Below, one piece after another: positions 19,673 through 30,038 of a stretch of 64,000 bases of DNA. Position 1 is the first letter of the stretch. The number at the start of each line of letters is the position of its first letter. Both the position numbers and the translations under genes were made by a program. This stretch comes from an uncultured Bdellovibrio sp. (GTDB taxonomy: Bacteria; Bdellovibrionota; Bdellovibrionia; Bdellovibrionales; Bdellovibrionaceae). The DNA is taken from positions 10,372 to 74,371 of the forward strand of contig CAWVRN010000023.1 in NCBI GenBank assembly GCA_963932905.1, given 5' to 3'. The notes below the pieces were generated by a model. The model ran no database searches. It was not told the origin of the DNA and saw only the letters and a program-made list of their open reading frames with translations.

Positions 19673-19835
19673 ATTTCCTCACTGACCTCAGTCGGGACTG
19701 ATATTAAATCAAAATATCTGGTTTTCAATCACAAAAAATCGTTGATTTAGTAGGCGAGACTCATCTAAGGTCGCATTGACCCACACGGTCCAAATCCGAT
19801 ATTCTAATGATAACTCGTATTATAAGGAAGTCATA

Positions 19836-20678
19836 ATGGGTGCAAAGTCAGATGTAGCCGTAAAACTAGTGCTAGTGTTTTTCATTTCTTTGTTGTCGTT
19901 CTCGATTGGAACATACATTGGAAAGAAATATAGCGATAACCAATACAAATTGGCTCAGCTAGAACCAGCAGCTGCTGGTCACGATGAAAAACGCGCGATT
20001 GCTAGTGAGCATGGGGAAGGTCATGCAGCACCAGCTAAAGATCAATTGATTACAGACGATGAAATCAAAAACTTAGCAGAAGAAAAGCTAAAAAAAGACG
20101 AATTTGTTGCGGATGACTCAGCGGCTGAAGGTCACGGCGATACACATGGCGACAAGCACGAAGCTAAACATGAAGCTAAACATGAAGAAAAACGTGAACC
20201 AGCTAAAGCTGAACATGGCGTTGAAAAAACTACTGAAAAAGCGACCGAGAAAGCTGTAGACAAACATGAAACTCCGGCTCACAAGCCAGTAAGCAAAAAA
20301 TCTGAGTCTCATGAAGACGCTCCGCTTGAAGCCGCTAAATCATTCCTTGATGGCAAAGTGCCCGCAGCGAAAGAAGCCGCTAAAGCTGAAAACCGGTTAC
20401 CATCAAGCTTGCCAAAAGATATTTCTCAATACGCCTTAGGTAAATTCACCGTGCAAGTAGCTTCGTATGCTACCAAAGAAGAAGCTGAAAAACGCGCCAC
20501 TAAATTAAAAGAACAAGGTTACCAAACAAATGTAATCCCGGCTAAAGTAAACGATAAACAGTGGTATCGCGTGTCGTTCGGGCTGTACGGGACTCAAGAA
20601 GAAGCAAATACAGAACGATCTAAATACTTAGAAAAGTATAAAACTGAATCGGCTCTGGTCCAAAAAATAAAAAACTAA
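19836..20678 (+). CDS. SPOR-domain membrane-anchored protein with His/Lys/Glu-rich linker
   Basis: N-terminal TM; HEAK repeats; FTVQVASY...WYRV SPOR domain. Start at ATG 19836 after AAGGAAG. Confidence 0.85.
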   Translation: MGAKSDVAVKLVLVFFISLLSFSIGTYIGKKYSDNQYKLAQLEPAAAGHDEKRAIASEHGEGHAAPAKDQLITDDEIKNLAEEKLKKDEFVADDSAAEGHGDTHGDKHEAKHEAKHEEKREPAKAEHGVEKTTEKATEKAVDKHETPAHKPVSKKSESHEDAPLEAAKSFLDGKVPAAKEAAKAENRLPSSLPKDISQYALGKFTVQVASYATKEEAEKRATKLKEQGYQTNVIPAKVNDKQWYRVSFGLYGTQEEANTERSKYLEKYKTESALVQKIKN

Positions 20679-20701
20679 TTTTTAGATTAGAATTAATTTT
20701 A

Positions 20702-20730
20702 ATAAAAGCCGATTTTATGTCGGCTTTTAT
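20702..20730 (+). terminator. intrinsic terminator after the SPOR gene
   Basis: ATAAAAGCCGA-TTTTATG-TCGGCTTTTAT. Confidence 0.8.
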
Positions 20731-20834
20731 ATTTTCCGCACCTCCGCCAAGAATGTTAGGAAACGATTGAGGTTTGTTTTCCAGTGTAAATTCCAAAAAT
20801 TATAAACTAAGATCAACCGGGTAAGGGGGCATCC

Positions 20835-22307
20835 ATGCGCCAAATATATTGTACTCTTCTTTTTTTATTCGGTTTTTATTCGGTTCAAGCGGCTCCCAAA
20901 TTAATCGTTTATTTGGTTTACGATCAATTGCGCGCAGACATACTTACTTTGAATAAAACTAAATTTCTTTCAGCGAAACAAGGCAATCAATTAGGTGGTT
21001 TTAATTACCTGATGCAAAATGGATCGTATTATCCTTTTGCTGAATACGAAGTCCTTTCCAGTATGACGTGTCCGGGGCATGCGATTATTTCTACAGGCTC
21101 TTGGCCAATTCATATGGGAATTGCCATCAATGATTGGTATTCGCGCACAAAAAATAAAGTGGAGTACTGTGTGGAAGATCCAGAATTTGGCTTTTCTCCT
21201 AGAAAGCTGACGACGACCACGATATCTGATGAATTCAAAGGTTCAGATCAAAAAAGCAAAGTCTATGCGATCGCACTCAAAGATAGATCCGCGATCATGT
21301 TAGGTGGACATAAAGCCGACGGCGCCTTTTGGTTTGATGATAAAAAATGGGGATGGACGACAAGTAAATACTACGACAAGGTGAATTCCACCTGGTTAAC
21401 CGCCCAAAACAAGAAATTGGTTCCCAAACAACCAGAAACCGGTTTGTTGAGAAAAATTTGGGGTATCCAAAGAACCGTTGATTTAGCAGAAGCCATCGTA
21501 GAACAGGAAAAATTGGGTAAAACCGATGGAACAGATTTTTTGTTTATTAGTTTTTCGACTCACGATATGGCGGGGCATATGTATGGTCCCAATTCAGAGG
21601 AAATGAGAAAACTGATTGTCGATGAAGATAAAGAACTGTCTCGTTTTTTAAACACCTTGAAAAGTAAATTCAATTTAGAAAAAGATGTGTTGTTTGTTTT
21701 AACGGGCGACCACGGAATTCCGCCATCGGTAGATTATTCGAATAAAAATAAAATCAGCGCCGAGTTTCTAAATGAAATTCAGTTTATCGATAAAGTATAT
21801 AAAGAAATAAACGCTACTTATGATGTTTCCGACAAAAAAGATTGGTTTAAAGCCATCCAGTCCATGCATTACCTGGTGAATTGGGATCTGGTTACTAAAC
21901 TTAAAATCGAAAGAAAATCATTCTTGGAAAAAGTCAGAACGATTATCAAGAATACGGGCGTCGCCGAAGAAGTTATTGTTCCTGAACTGTATTCAAAAGA
22001 TATGTTGATGAGTCCACGTTTAAAACGGCAAATAGAAAATTCATTTATTGCCGAACAATGGGGCGACCTTATTTTGATGCCAAAACCATATTCGTTTCCT
22101 GACGAAAAAGGACGCAAGGTCGATCACGTGTCGGGCTATTCATATGATAAAATGGTTCCGTTAATTTTCGTTGGGCCTGGTTTCAAAAAAAAAACGTTCT
22201 ACTCCAAGGCCTATATTGTCGATATTCATCCCACAATCGCGGCGATCCTTGGGGTTATCCCCAGCCCCAAAGTCGATGGGCGAATTCTACATGAAGTTTT
22301 AAAATGA
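20835..22307 (+). CDS. alkaline phosphatase / nucleotide pyrophosphatase (PafA-like), secreted
   Basis: DQLRAD, TCPGHA, KDRSA, DMAGH, TGDHG, VDH motifs. Confidence 0.9.
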   Translation: MRQIYCTLLFLFGFYSVQAAPKLIVYLVYDQLRADILTLNKTKFLSAKQGNQLGGFNYLMQNGSYYPFAEYEVLSSMTCPGHAIISTGSWPIHMGIAINDWYSRTKNKVEYCVEDPEFGFSPRKLTTTTISDEFKGSDQKSKVYAIALKDRSAIMLGGHKADGAFWFDDKKWGWTTSKYYDKVNSTWLTAQNKKLVPKQPETGLLRKIWGIQRTVDLAEAIVEQEKLGKTDGTDFLFISFSTHDMAGHMYGPNSEEMRKLIVDEDKELSRFLNTLKSKFNLEKDVLFVLTGDHGIPPSVDYSNKNKISAEFLNEIQFIDKVYKEINATYDVSDKKDWFKAIQSMHYLVNWDLVTKLKIERKSFLEKVRTIIKNTGVAEEVIVPELYSKDMLMSPRLKRQIENSFIAEQWGDLILMPKPYSFPDEKGRKVDHVSGYSYDKMVPLIFVGPGFKKKTFYSKAYIVDIHPTIAAILGVIPSPKVDGRILHEVLK

Positions 22308-22835
22308 CAAGCCCAGCTTGAAAACAGCCGCAGGCGTGGGTTGTGGCCGATAGTCTTTGGCCATAATCAATCGGAAGTCAAAAGCCGCGTGGAAAAAGGA
22401 ATAGATCACTTGGGTCGAGACAATTCCTGATGCATATAAAATTTGTCCTGAATTTGTGTCCGTGCTGACGCCGTTAAATTGATTGGTGAGCTTCGTTTCG
22501 TACATACCGACGCCAACACCAGAAAACAAGTAAAGGTAATCGTATAGGACACCCATTAAAAATAAATGAGAAGAGCCAATTTCAGAATAACTTTCTTTAA
22601 AGCTTACTAGCGGTGCACTAGATTCTTTTGACCAACGTGTGACTTCCAATCCCACTTGGTAGATTTGAAACGTCAACGCCGCAGATACCGACGTATCCGT
22701 CTGTTGAAAATATAAATCCTGATTTTCGTTTTCCGAATAGCGCTGCTCGATAGACACGGGAAACAAGGACACTCGCGCTGCCATGGTAGGCAATCCCAAT
22801 AACAGAATCGTCAGCAGGGCAAGTGCTATTTTCAT
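22299..22835 (-). CDS. putative small outer-membrane beta-barrel protein
   Basis: Signal peptide, amphipathic beta pattern, C-terminal Phe (KLGLSF). Confidence 0.6.
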   Translation of the reverse strand: MKIALALLTILLLGLPTMAARVSLFPVSIEQRYSENENQDLYFQQTDTSVSAALTFQIYQVGLEVTRWSKESSAPLVSFKESYSEIGSSHLFLMGVLYDYLYLFSGVGVGMYETKLTNQFNGVSTDTNSGQILYASGIVSTQVIYSFFHAAFDFRLIMAKDYRPQPTPAAVFKLGLSF

Positions 22836-24223
22836 TGTACGCCTTTAGTGGCTAGTTTGAACTGGCTAGATGAAGATTGGCCACTAGCAACGCATTCTAA
22901 TTTATTGCTCCAATTGGGGTCGTTTTCCAAAAATAGTCTTAGAAGATTGCATTCATTTTGATTTTTTATTTCTTGAGCCGTAATAAAATCATACATCAAA
23001 GCATACGGACTTTTTAATTCAGTTTGTGCACTGGCCATCGTAATTTGTGGCAATGATTTAGCCAAGCTCTTGACAAAATTGATGACCGTTTGATTCATGT
23101 TTTTTTTGACTTCAGTGTCGGAAAGACCGCGTTCCCGTTGAACAGTTTCAGAATAAGTTTTAAAGAACAGTGCCACGCGCGCCCCCAGTAAATACGAATA
23201 CGCATTTACCAAATCTAATTTTTCTTCGTCGCTTTCAGAAACTTGGTAGACGATACTCAACATTTCGGCTTCTGATAGTAGTTGAAGCGTTTCGATGTTT
23301 TGCGATTTTAAGTCTAATTTACGAGTCGTGATGGTTTGCGGTAGAGAATGCGCAATAAATGCCGAATCATTTACATACTGCCAGCCCCAATAGTCGGCTA
23401 AGCCTTCATTGAAACCTTTGATCAATAGTGAGTAATACCATTTCACGTTGTCGGCATCGAGCGTGACTGGTCCTTCCGCAAGTTTTACGGTCAGTTTTTT
23501 CACCTGTTCGGATAAGTCTTTGTTTTTTACATCGTCCAACGTTTTTGAATTAATCAGTTTATTGATCGCAATAGGTATGCTGAACACGTCGCTGTTCTTG
23601 ACGGCGCGGATAACTAGTTTGTCGAAAATAGAATGGAAATATTCATGAGCGAAAACACCTCCGTTTAATGACAGAGGTAAATTTCCTTCCGAGTATTTTA
23701 AAAACACAATCGCATCTAAATCCCCATCGAAGAAGGCATTGTTTTCATTTTGCTTCGTGTTTAGAACAGGGGTATCCAAAACAATTTTTAACGGCTTATT
23801 GCGCTTAGAATCAAAATCCAAAGACGTTTCTAGTCGTACCAAATTTTGTGCGTGGTAGTAGAGAGTTGCAATCTGTTGAGTTAGGAAATTCTTTGGGACA
23901 AACGTACCCTCTTTGCTTTTTAAAAATTGTCCGCGAGGTTGGGTTCCCAGTAGATGCCCCTCGACGCGTGATGCTCGCGTATAAAACTGAGCATACTTGC
24001 CCGACGAGGAAACTAAATCATACACATCCAGTAAATCCACAACGGCAAACGAATAGGGTGTGGTGGCAGCGGTATCGTTGGTGACCGAACCAGGGGCAAT
24101 AATTTGAACTTTGATTCGACCAGACGCTGAATCGGCGTCACCTTTGAACGACTTTCCACAGCCCGCGATCGACCCACCGACCAATAGCAATAAAATAGCA
24201 GCACCCTGAACCCACAGTTTCAT
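22832..24223 (-). CDS. lipoprotein zinc metallopeptidase (thermolysin-like gluzincin)
   Basis: Lipobox IAGC; NAFFDG, AHEYFH, GFNEGLAD. Confidence 0.75.
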   Translation of the reverse strand: MKLWVQGAAILLLLVGGSIAGCGKSFKGDADSASGRIKVQIIAPGSVTNDTAATTPYSFAVVDLLDVYDLVSSSGKYAQFYTRASRVEGHLLGTQPRGQFLKSKEGTFVPKNFLTQQIATLYYHAQNLVRLETSLDFDSKRNKPLKIVLDTPVLNTKQNENNAFFDGDLDAIVFLKYSEGNLPLSLNGGVFAHEYFHSIFDKLVIRAVKNSDVFSIPIAINKLINSKTLDDVKNKDLSEQVKKLTVKLAEGPVTLDADNVKWYYSLLIKGFNEGLADYWGWQYVNDSAFIAHSLPQTITTRKLDLKSQNIETLQLLSEAEMLSIVYQVSESDEEKLDLVNAYSYLLGARVALFFKTYSETVQRERGLSDTEVKKNMNQTVINFVKSLAKSLPQITMASAQTELKSPYALMYDFITAQEIKNQNECNLLRLFLENDPNWSNKLECVASGQSSSSQFKLATKGVQ

Positions 24224-24349
24224 GGAGCTGTTATAGCCTTTTATGCCTAGAAAACCAACATTGTTATTGGGCAGAAGCTGAAGAGTTTTAAAGGGTTAGT
24301 AAAAATTATGGGTTTGACTGCGTTTTAAACAGTTCATTACAATCAGTCG

Positions 24350-25453
24350 ATGGACTCTAGCCAAATTAAAATCAAAAAAGGTTCTATTCTTGTTTATCGA
24401 CTGTTTGATATCGCCGAGGAAATCAATATCCCCCAAGTTGAGGCGATTTTGCATGATAATCGTGGTCCCGACCGGTTTAGAGTTCCCAAATACATCGATC
24501 GCGCCATTCAACTAAAGAAACCGCCTGTGTCGTTCGGATTAGGGGAAGAGGTTTTCACCGCACAAAATCGTACGTTCAAAGCCGACGTCATCATGAAGCT
24601 GCGTGATTTTGGAACGCTCTCGATTATCTACCAAATTAACATTCCTTCAGGTACATCATGGAAAGAACTCATCGACATTGCGCAAGCCTTAGAAGAGGGT
24701 TCCGAAATCGATAGTTTAGCCAAACAGCAATCCCGTGAAATTACGAAAACGATTATGTCGGCAATTAAAAAACCGTCCGAATGGGATGGGTTCGAAGATT
24801 ACATCGTCTACTTCATCGAAGAATTTGAGAACGGATTTTCCGCTGAGGAGTTTAAAAAAGAAGCCGATTTCACGGCCTTGATGCTGGCGGAAAATCAAGT
24901 AAAACTATCTAAAGACATGAAGGATAGTTCATCCGAAACTATCTACCAATATGGCGAAAATGACCTGGCCATTATCGAGTGGAATTCGGCGATTGTGATT
25001 GAGCCTAGCGGTTCCCGAGATGTTCCCGATATTTTAGAATTTGGTATCACTCAGTTAATGGAAATGCGTTACTACGATGATTTGCTAGATGATAAGCTAA
25101 ACACTCTCTACGATGATATTCAAAAAAAACGCCACTCCATTTGGGCTTCAAAATATGATCGCCTCTACGAAGACGCGAGCTCTCGGTACATCGAATTTAT
25201 CGAGTTCCTTGAACGGGTAGAGAACTCATTAAAAGTCGTAGGGGATTTCTATTTGGCGAAGATCTATCGTGGGGCTGCCACACAGTTTCGAATCAAAGAT
25301 TGGCAAGATAGCGTAACTCGTAAAATGAATATTTTGGCTCAGGTCAGTAATCTTCTGCAGGGCGAGATGAATGTGCGGCGGAGTCACCTGCTAGAGATCA
25401 TCATTGTATTGCTGATCACCTACGAAATTATCTCCGCCGTCTTTAAAAACTGA
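24350..25453 (+). CDS. RMD1/DUF155-like protein with C-terminal TM
   Basis: C-terminal SHLLEIIIVLLITYEI and a helical RYYDDLLD region. Confidence 0.6.
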   Translation: MDSSQIKIKKGSILVYRLFDIAEEINIPQVEAILHDNRGPDRFRVPKYIDRAIQLKKPPVSFGLGEEVFTAQNRTFKADVIMKLRDFGTLSIIYQINIPSGTSWKELIDIAQALEEGSEIDSLAKQQSREITKTIMSAIKKPSEWDGFEDYIVYFIEEFENGFSAEEFKKEADFTALMLAENQVKLSKDMKDSSSETIYQYGENDLAIIEWNSAIVIEPSGSRDVPDILEFGITQLMEMRYYDDLLDDKLNTLYDDIQKKRHSIWASKYDRLYEDASSRYIEFIEFLERVENSLKVVGDFYLAKIYRGAATQFRIKDWQDSVTRKMNILAQVSNLLQGEMNVRRSHLLEIIIVLLITYEIISAVFKN

Positions 25454-25463
25454 TTAAATCGGA

Positions 25464-26357
25464 CTATTGCACTACTATTTGTAACGTTGCCGGACAGTGA
25501 TCCGAAACATTTTTGTAGTAGAAATCAAAATTCATGTAACCAGAACCATTTTGATTAGCGCTACATACTGGAAATACATCAGGTAGCACCGTCACACGCA
25601 TAGTTCCGCGCACATAAAATTGGTCAAACTGATTTCTGAATTCCGGGCTACGGAATGTGTATACGTTCGGTTTGTGGGGAACGCGTATGTAACCCTTAGA
25701 AACACTATTCAAAGACTGTAGAAGCAAATCCACATCGTCGGCCTTTTGCTTTGTTTCTGATTTTAGGAATGTATTCATATCGCCAGTCAGAACAACCGGA
25801 CGACCTTGTGGAATTTTTGCTAAATCTTTAGAAATCGCGGCGACTTGTTGCATGCGAAGCGCAGTTTCCGTCGGCATTGCTTTCAAGTGAACGCCAACGA
25901 GTGTGAACAAGTTACGTTTTGATTTCGTTTCTACAACATCGACTCGCATAGCTGGGCGCAGATTTGTGTTTCCGCCCTGAGCTTCTTCAATCGTGAAGTT
26001 GTTGTCGTAATTAACTTTGTTGAGTGACACGCCCGGAGTGGCGCATAAAACAACATGTTGATGTTGAGGTTGTGGATGCTCGTAGCTGATGCAAGTCCAA
26101 CCTTGAGGCAGGATTGACATCACGTCCTTTACAACGACGACTTCTTCAAAAACAAAAAGGTTGGTATTTATTAGATATTTAGAGATCAAGTCTTTTACGT
26201 ATTTAATTCGGTATTCTTTGATAGGTTTGTTTGGATCGCCGCCGATGCCGAACCATTTTAGATTGAAGGTGGTGATGTTAACGCTAGTTTGTTGGGCGTT
26301 AGCAGCAGACCATGGTAGTACAATCGCGATCCAGAACATCAATAAAGAACTTTTCAT
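25464..26357 (-). CDS. secreted endonuclease/exonuclease/phosphatase (DNase I-like)
   Basis: Signal peptide; TFNLKW, FEEV, VHLKA, GDMN, FDQF, SDHCP. Confidence 0.88.
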   Translation of the reverse strand: MKSSLLMFWIAIVLPWSAANAQQTSVNITTFNLKWFGIGGDPNKPIKEYRIKYVKDLISKYLINTNLFVFEEVVVVKDVMSILPQGWTCISYEHPQPQHQHVVLCATPGVSLNKVNYDNNFTIEEAQGGNTNLRPAMRVDVVETKSKRNLFTLVGVHLKAMPTETALRMQQVAAISKDLAKIPQGRPVVLTGDMNTFLKSETKQKADDVDLLLQSLNSVSKGYIRVPHKPNVYTFRSPEFRNQFDQFYVRGTMRVTVLPDVFPVCSANQNGSGYMNFDFYYKNVSDHCPATLQIVVQ

Positions 26358-26563
26358 TCATCCCCCCGGAGTGAAAAGTAACCTTGACTGGCTACATCGA
26401 TATTGAAACCTATTAGCAAAAACTCTGTCACTAAAACATTTGTTAGAATTGTATTTTGATTCAGCTCGAGGTACCTGACGAGCCAAAAATTGGGCATTTT
26501 CGATGTGAATCTAGGGCAAAATATATTGAAAAACCTGCGGTTTGAGACTACATCATCAACACG

Positions 26564-28864
26564 ATGACGCCAGAACAAATCTTAACTCAAAAATTAAATC
26601 CCCCACAGCGCGAGGCTGTGCTGCATCAAACTGGTCCATTGCTGATTTTAGCTGGAGCTGGTTCTGGAAAAACACGTGTTTTGACTCATCGTATGGCGTA
26701 TTTAGTGGCCGAAGGCTTAGCCGCGCCCGATGAAGTTCTGTGTATGACATTCACGAACAAAGCCGCGCACGAAATGGAAAGCCGTATTTTTCAATTGTTG
26801 TCGTCGCTAGGCATTCCGGTTCACGGTTATCTTTGGATTTCTACATTCCACAGTTTTTGCGTTCGTATTTTAAAGCAACACATCACGCTTTTAGACTACA
26901 AGCAGTATTTCACCATTTACGATAGTTCAGACCAATTGTCGGCGATTAAGAAAGTGGTCCAATCGCTTGGAATTAACGATAAACTGTACCCTCCGAAAAC
27001 ATTCCAGGCGCGGATCAGTTCAGCCAAAATGATGGGCTTAACTCCGGAAGGAATTAAAAAGAACAATAAAAACTTCATGGATCCTAAAACATTTGAAGTG
27101 TATGCGGCGTATGAAGCTACCTTGAAAATGGCCAATGCTTTAGATTTTGATGATTTGCTTCTGAAAACTCATGAACTGTTCAATATGTACCCAGATTTAC
27201 TTTTGGAATACCAAAAGAAATTTAAATTCATCATGGTGGACGAATACCAAGACACCAACCACATTCAGTATCTGTTAGTCAAACAACTAGGTCATTTCCA
27301 TCGTAATGTATGCGTCGTGGGTGATGAAGATCAGTCGATCTACAGCTGGCGCGGAGCCGACATTCAAAATATTTTGGATTTTGAAAAAGATTTCACCGAT
27401 GCGAAAACGATCAAGTTAGAAGAAAATTATCGTTCTTCAAATAATATTGTCCAGGCAGCCACGGCAGTTATTAAAAACAACACGCAAAGAAAAAATAAAA
27501 CCTTATTTACAAACAACAATCCGGGCGATTTGATTGAAGTTCGTGAAGAACGTTCTGAATATGATGAAGCCCGCTATGTCGTTAAGACTTTGCAAACGTG
27601 GATGACAGAAGGCGAAGGCACCTACAATGATTACGCCATTTTCTATCGAACGAATTCCCAGTCTCGTGTACTCGAGGAACAGTTACGTACGGCATCGATT
27701 CCGTACCGTATCGTTGGCGGCGTGCGATTCTATGATCGTATGGAGATCAAGGATATTATTTCTTATTTAAAACTGTGTTTGAATCCAGCGGATGATATTG
27801 CCGTTAAACGCGTTATCAATGTCCCTACGCGCGGGATTGGTAAAACAACCGTCGAGAAAATCGATGATATCGTGGACCGCGATAAAATTACGTTTCTAAA
27901 TGCGGCAGCTAAGGCGATTGAAACACGCGTGTTTAACGCCGGTACAACTGGCAAGCTACGTCGTTTCCTTGATCTATTGGAAGAAATCCGCGGTTTGAGT
28001 CAAAACTACCGGCTGGATGAATTGTACCCGCTGATTTTAGAAAAAACCGAATATCTGAAAGCCTTAAAAGCCGAAGGAACGACAGAGGCCGAAGCGCGCA
28101 TCGACAACTTGGAAGAGTTAGATAATGCCATTGCTCAGTTCCTTAAGGAACGTGGTGAAGAGGGAACTTTGCAGACCTTCTTGGAAGAAATGTCATTGGC
28201 TTCTGATGCTGATCAGTTGAAGCAAGAAGTGAATTCTGTGACGCTGATGACTCTGCATATTTCTAAAGGTTTGGAATTCCCTTACGTATTTATTGTAGGT
28301 ATGGAAGATGGCCTATTCCCAAGTTTGCGTTTTGAATCTGAAGGCGAAGACGACATGGAAGAAGAGCGACGTTTAGCCTACGTGGGCATGACTCGTGCAC
28401 GCAAACGTTTGAGCTTGTCGTATGCAAAAACGCGTAAATTATGGGGTCAGGATCAGGCGCACCCACCATCGCGTTTTTTAAAAGAAATTCCAAACGAGTT
28501 AGTTCGGTTTAAAACGTCAGTGACTAATAACTTTTTCGATCGTTATGGATCGTCGTCGGCGGGCTCAAGTTATGGAAGTTCACGACCATCGGTGCCTAGT
28601 TATTCGTCAGATAATTATTCAACCTCTAAAAGTAAGCGCCAATCATTCGATGACGACTTTGATGTGCAATCGCATCCAGATGACGATGCCCCCACGAAAC
28701 CGGGATTTTCAAAAGGTATGAAAGTTCGCCACCCAACGTTTGGTACAGGGTCTGTTTTTGATACCGAAGGTTCTGGCGAGATGTACAAAGTGAGTGTTTT
28801 ATTTGCTGATAACACGATCAAAAAATTCGTGGTAAAATACGCACGCCTTGAAGTAATCAAATAA
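26564..28864 (+). CDS. uvrD: ATP-dependent DNA helicase UvrD/PcrA
   Basis: AGAGSGKT, DEYQD, GDEDQSIY, NYRS, KGLEF, EERRLAYVGMTRA, C-terminal Tudor-like VRHPTFG. Confidence 0.97.
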   Translation: MTPEQILTQKLNPPQREAVLHQTGPLLILAGAGSGKTRVLTHRMAYLVAEGLAAPDEVLCMTFTNKAAHEMESRIFQLLSSLGIPVHGYLWISTFHSFCVRILKQHITLLDYKQYFTIYDSSDQLSAIKKVVQSLGINDKLYPPKTFQARISSAKMMGLTPEGIKKNNKNFMDPKTFEVYAAYEATLKMANALDFDDLLLKTHELFNMYPDLLLEYQKKFKFIMVDEYQDTNHIQYLLVKQLGHFHRNVCVVGDEDQSIYSWRGADIQNILDFEKDFTDAKTIKLEENYRSSNNIVQAATAVIKNNTQRKNKTLFTNNNPGDLIEVREERSEYDEARYVVKTLQTWMTEGEGTYNDYAIFYRTNSQSRVLEEQLRTASIPYRIVGGVRFYDRMEIKDIISYLKLCLNPADDIAVKRVINVPTRGIGKTTVEKIDDIVDRDKITFLNAAAKAIETRVFNAGTTGKLRRFLDLLEEIRGLSQNYRLDELYPLILEKTEYLKALKAEGTTEAEARIDNLEELDNAIAQFLKERGEEGTLQTFLEEMSLASDADQLKQEVNSVTLMTLHISKGLEFPYVFIVGMEDGLFPSLRFESEGEDDMEEERRLAYVGMTRARKRLSLSYAKTRKLWGQDQAHPPSRFLKEIPNELVRFKTSVTNNFFDRYGSSSAGSSYGSSRPSVPSYSSDNYSTSKSKRQSFDDDFDVQSHPDDDAPTKPGFSKGMKVRHPTFGTGSVFDTEGSGEMYKVSVLFADNTIKKFVVKYARLEVIK

Positions 28865-28935
28865 ATATTGACCGATCATTTAACAAAGTTATGATGTCGG
28901 TAATCAATATAAATCAAGCTATTACAGGAGAATTT

Positions 28936-29511
28936 ATGATGAAGTTCGCTATTCAAATTTTAACTATTTCTACTTTGGTGTTCAGTGCCAATGCATTTGC
29001 ACAAAAAAAAGGGACATCTAAAAGCCCCGTAGTAGCTACACCTGCCCCTGTTCAGCAATCTTACTATGCTGATTTCGACTGGGAACTGCAAACGATGCTT
29101 TCTGGTGGTGGTTTACAAAGTTTGAAAAAAGGCGGCGAAACATCGACCATCATCGGTGCACAAGCGTCTATCACTAAAGTTATCCGCAGCAATATTCAAG
29201 CAGGTGCGGAAGCTGAATTCTACAACGAAAGCGGCGGCGGCGGATCCAGCTACTTCCAAATTCTTGGTATCGGCGTTTACAATTTTGATAACAATCTTAA
29301 AGACTCTTTCTACGCAAAAGCGGGGTTGGGTATGTTAAATGTGATCAACGACAAATTTAAAAACGAATCGAAAGTTGGTTTCCTAGTTGGTGTCGGCAAA
29401 CGCATCCTTCTTATGGATAAAGTAGCTTATACACCCGAAGGACGTTTGATCGTTGTTGACGGTGGGACTCGTTTGCAAATTTTAGCTTTGAATTTTTCTC
29501 TTTTTTACTAA
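28936..29511 (+). CDS. outer-membrane beta-barrel protein
   Basis: Signal peptide ending ANAFA; alternating beta strands; aromatic C-terminus. Start at ATG 28936 after AGGAG. Confidence 0.7.
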   Translation: MMKFAIQILTISTLVFSANAFAQKKGTSKSPVVATPAPVQQSYYADFDWELQTMLSGGGLQSLKKGGETSTIIGAQASITKVIRSNIQAGAEAEFYNESGGGGSSYFQILGIGVYNFDNNLKDSFYAKAGLGMLNVINDKFKNESKVGFLVGVGKRILLMDKVAYTPEGRLIVVDGGTRLQILALNFSLFY

Positions 29512-29576
29512 GCCTTAAGCGCCCGACTGCCGCGTTCATCCTTGAATCCAGACTTGATTTGCGGCAAGTTAGGCCC

Positions 29577-30038
29577 ATGGGGATCAAACACTCAATAATG
29601 TACTATCTGGCGAAACGCGATCATTCTGAAAAAGAATTGAAAACCAAGCTTCGCCGTCTGAAAGATTTCCAAGATAAAAAGAAACCTCGTTATACTCCTG
29701 AAGAAGTGGACGAGGGTATTGCCTGGGCGATTGATAACAAATGGTTAAAACCCAAAGACCAATTATCTGAATCGGTTGCCCGATCTTTACACAATAAAAA
29801 CAAAGGCATTCGTTATATTAATGGCTATCTTTCGCAAAAAGGCCTGCCGCCCCAGTCGGAAGACGAGGAGCAGGAGCTAGAGAAGGCTATTAAGCTTCTA
29901 CGCCGAAAAATACTTAACAAAACGATAGATTCAAACTTGAAATTAAAACTGAGTCGTTTTTTAATCTCAAGAGGGTTTGGATCCTCTATCGTGGCAAAAG
30001 CCCTTAAGGGAGTTATCAGTGAACAGTCATCAAGTTAG
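29577..30038 (+). CDS. recX: regulatory protein RecX
   Basis: YLAKRDHSEKELKTKL, KGIRYI..LSQKGL, FLISRGF. Confidence 0.88.
   Translation: MGIKHSIMYYLAKRDHSEKELKTKLRRLKDFQDKKKPRYTPEEVDEGIAWAIDNKWLKPKDQLSESVARSLHNKNKGIRYINGYLSQKGLPPQSEDEEQELEKAIKLLRRKILNKTIDSNLKLKLSRFLISRGFGSSIVAKALKGVISEQSSS

Noticed and set aside
19776..19802. TCCGATAT upstream of the SPOR gene as a sigma28 promoter
   Set aside because: The -35 region does not fit the pattern seen at the other sites.
20140..20270. 12-bp tandem repeats (HEAK, TEKA) in the SPOR gene
   Set aside because: Ordinary low-complexity linker; in frame, not a phase-variation tract.
20750..20761. AGAATGTTAGGA matching part of the 2204-2274 hairpin arm
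   Set aside because: A single 12-nt match with no partner arm; plausible by chance.
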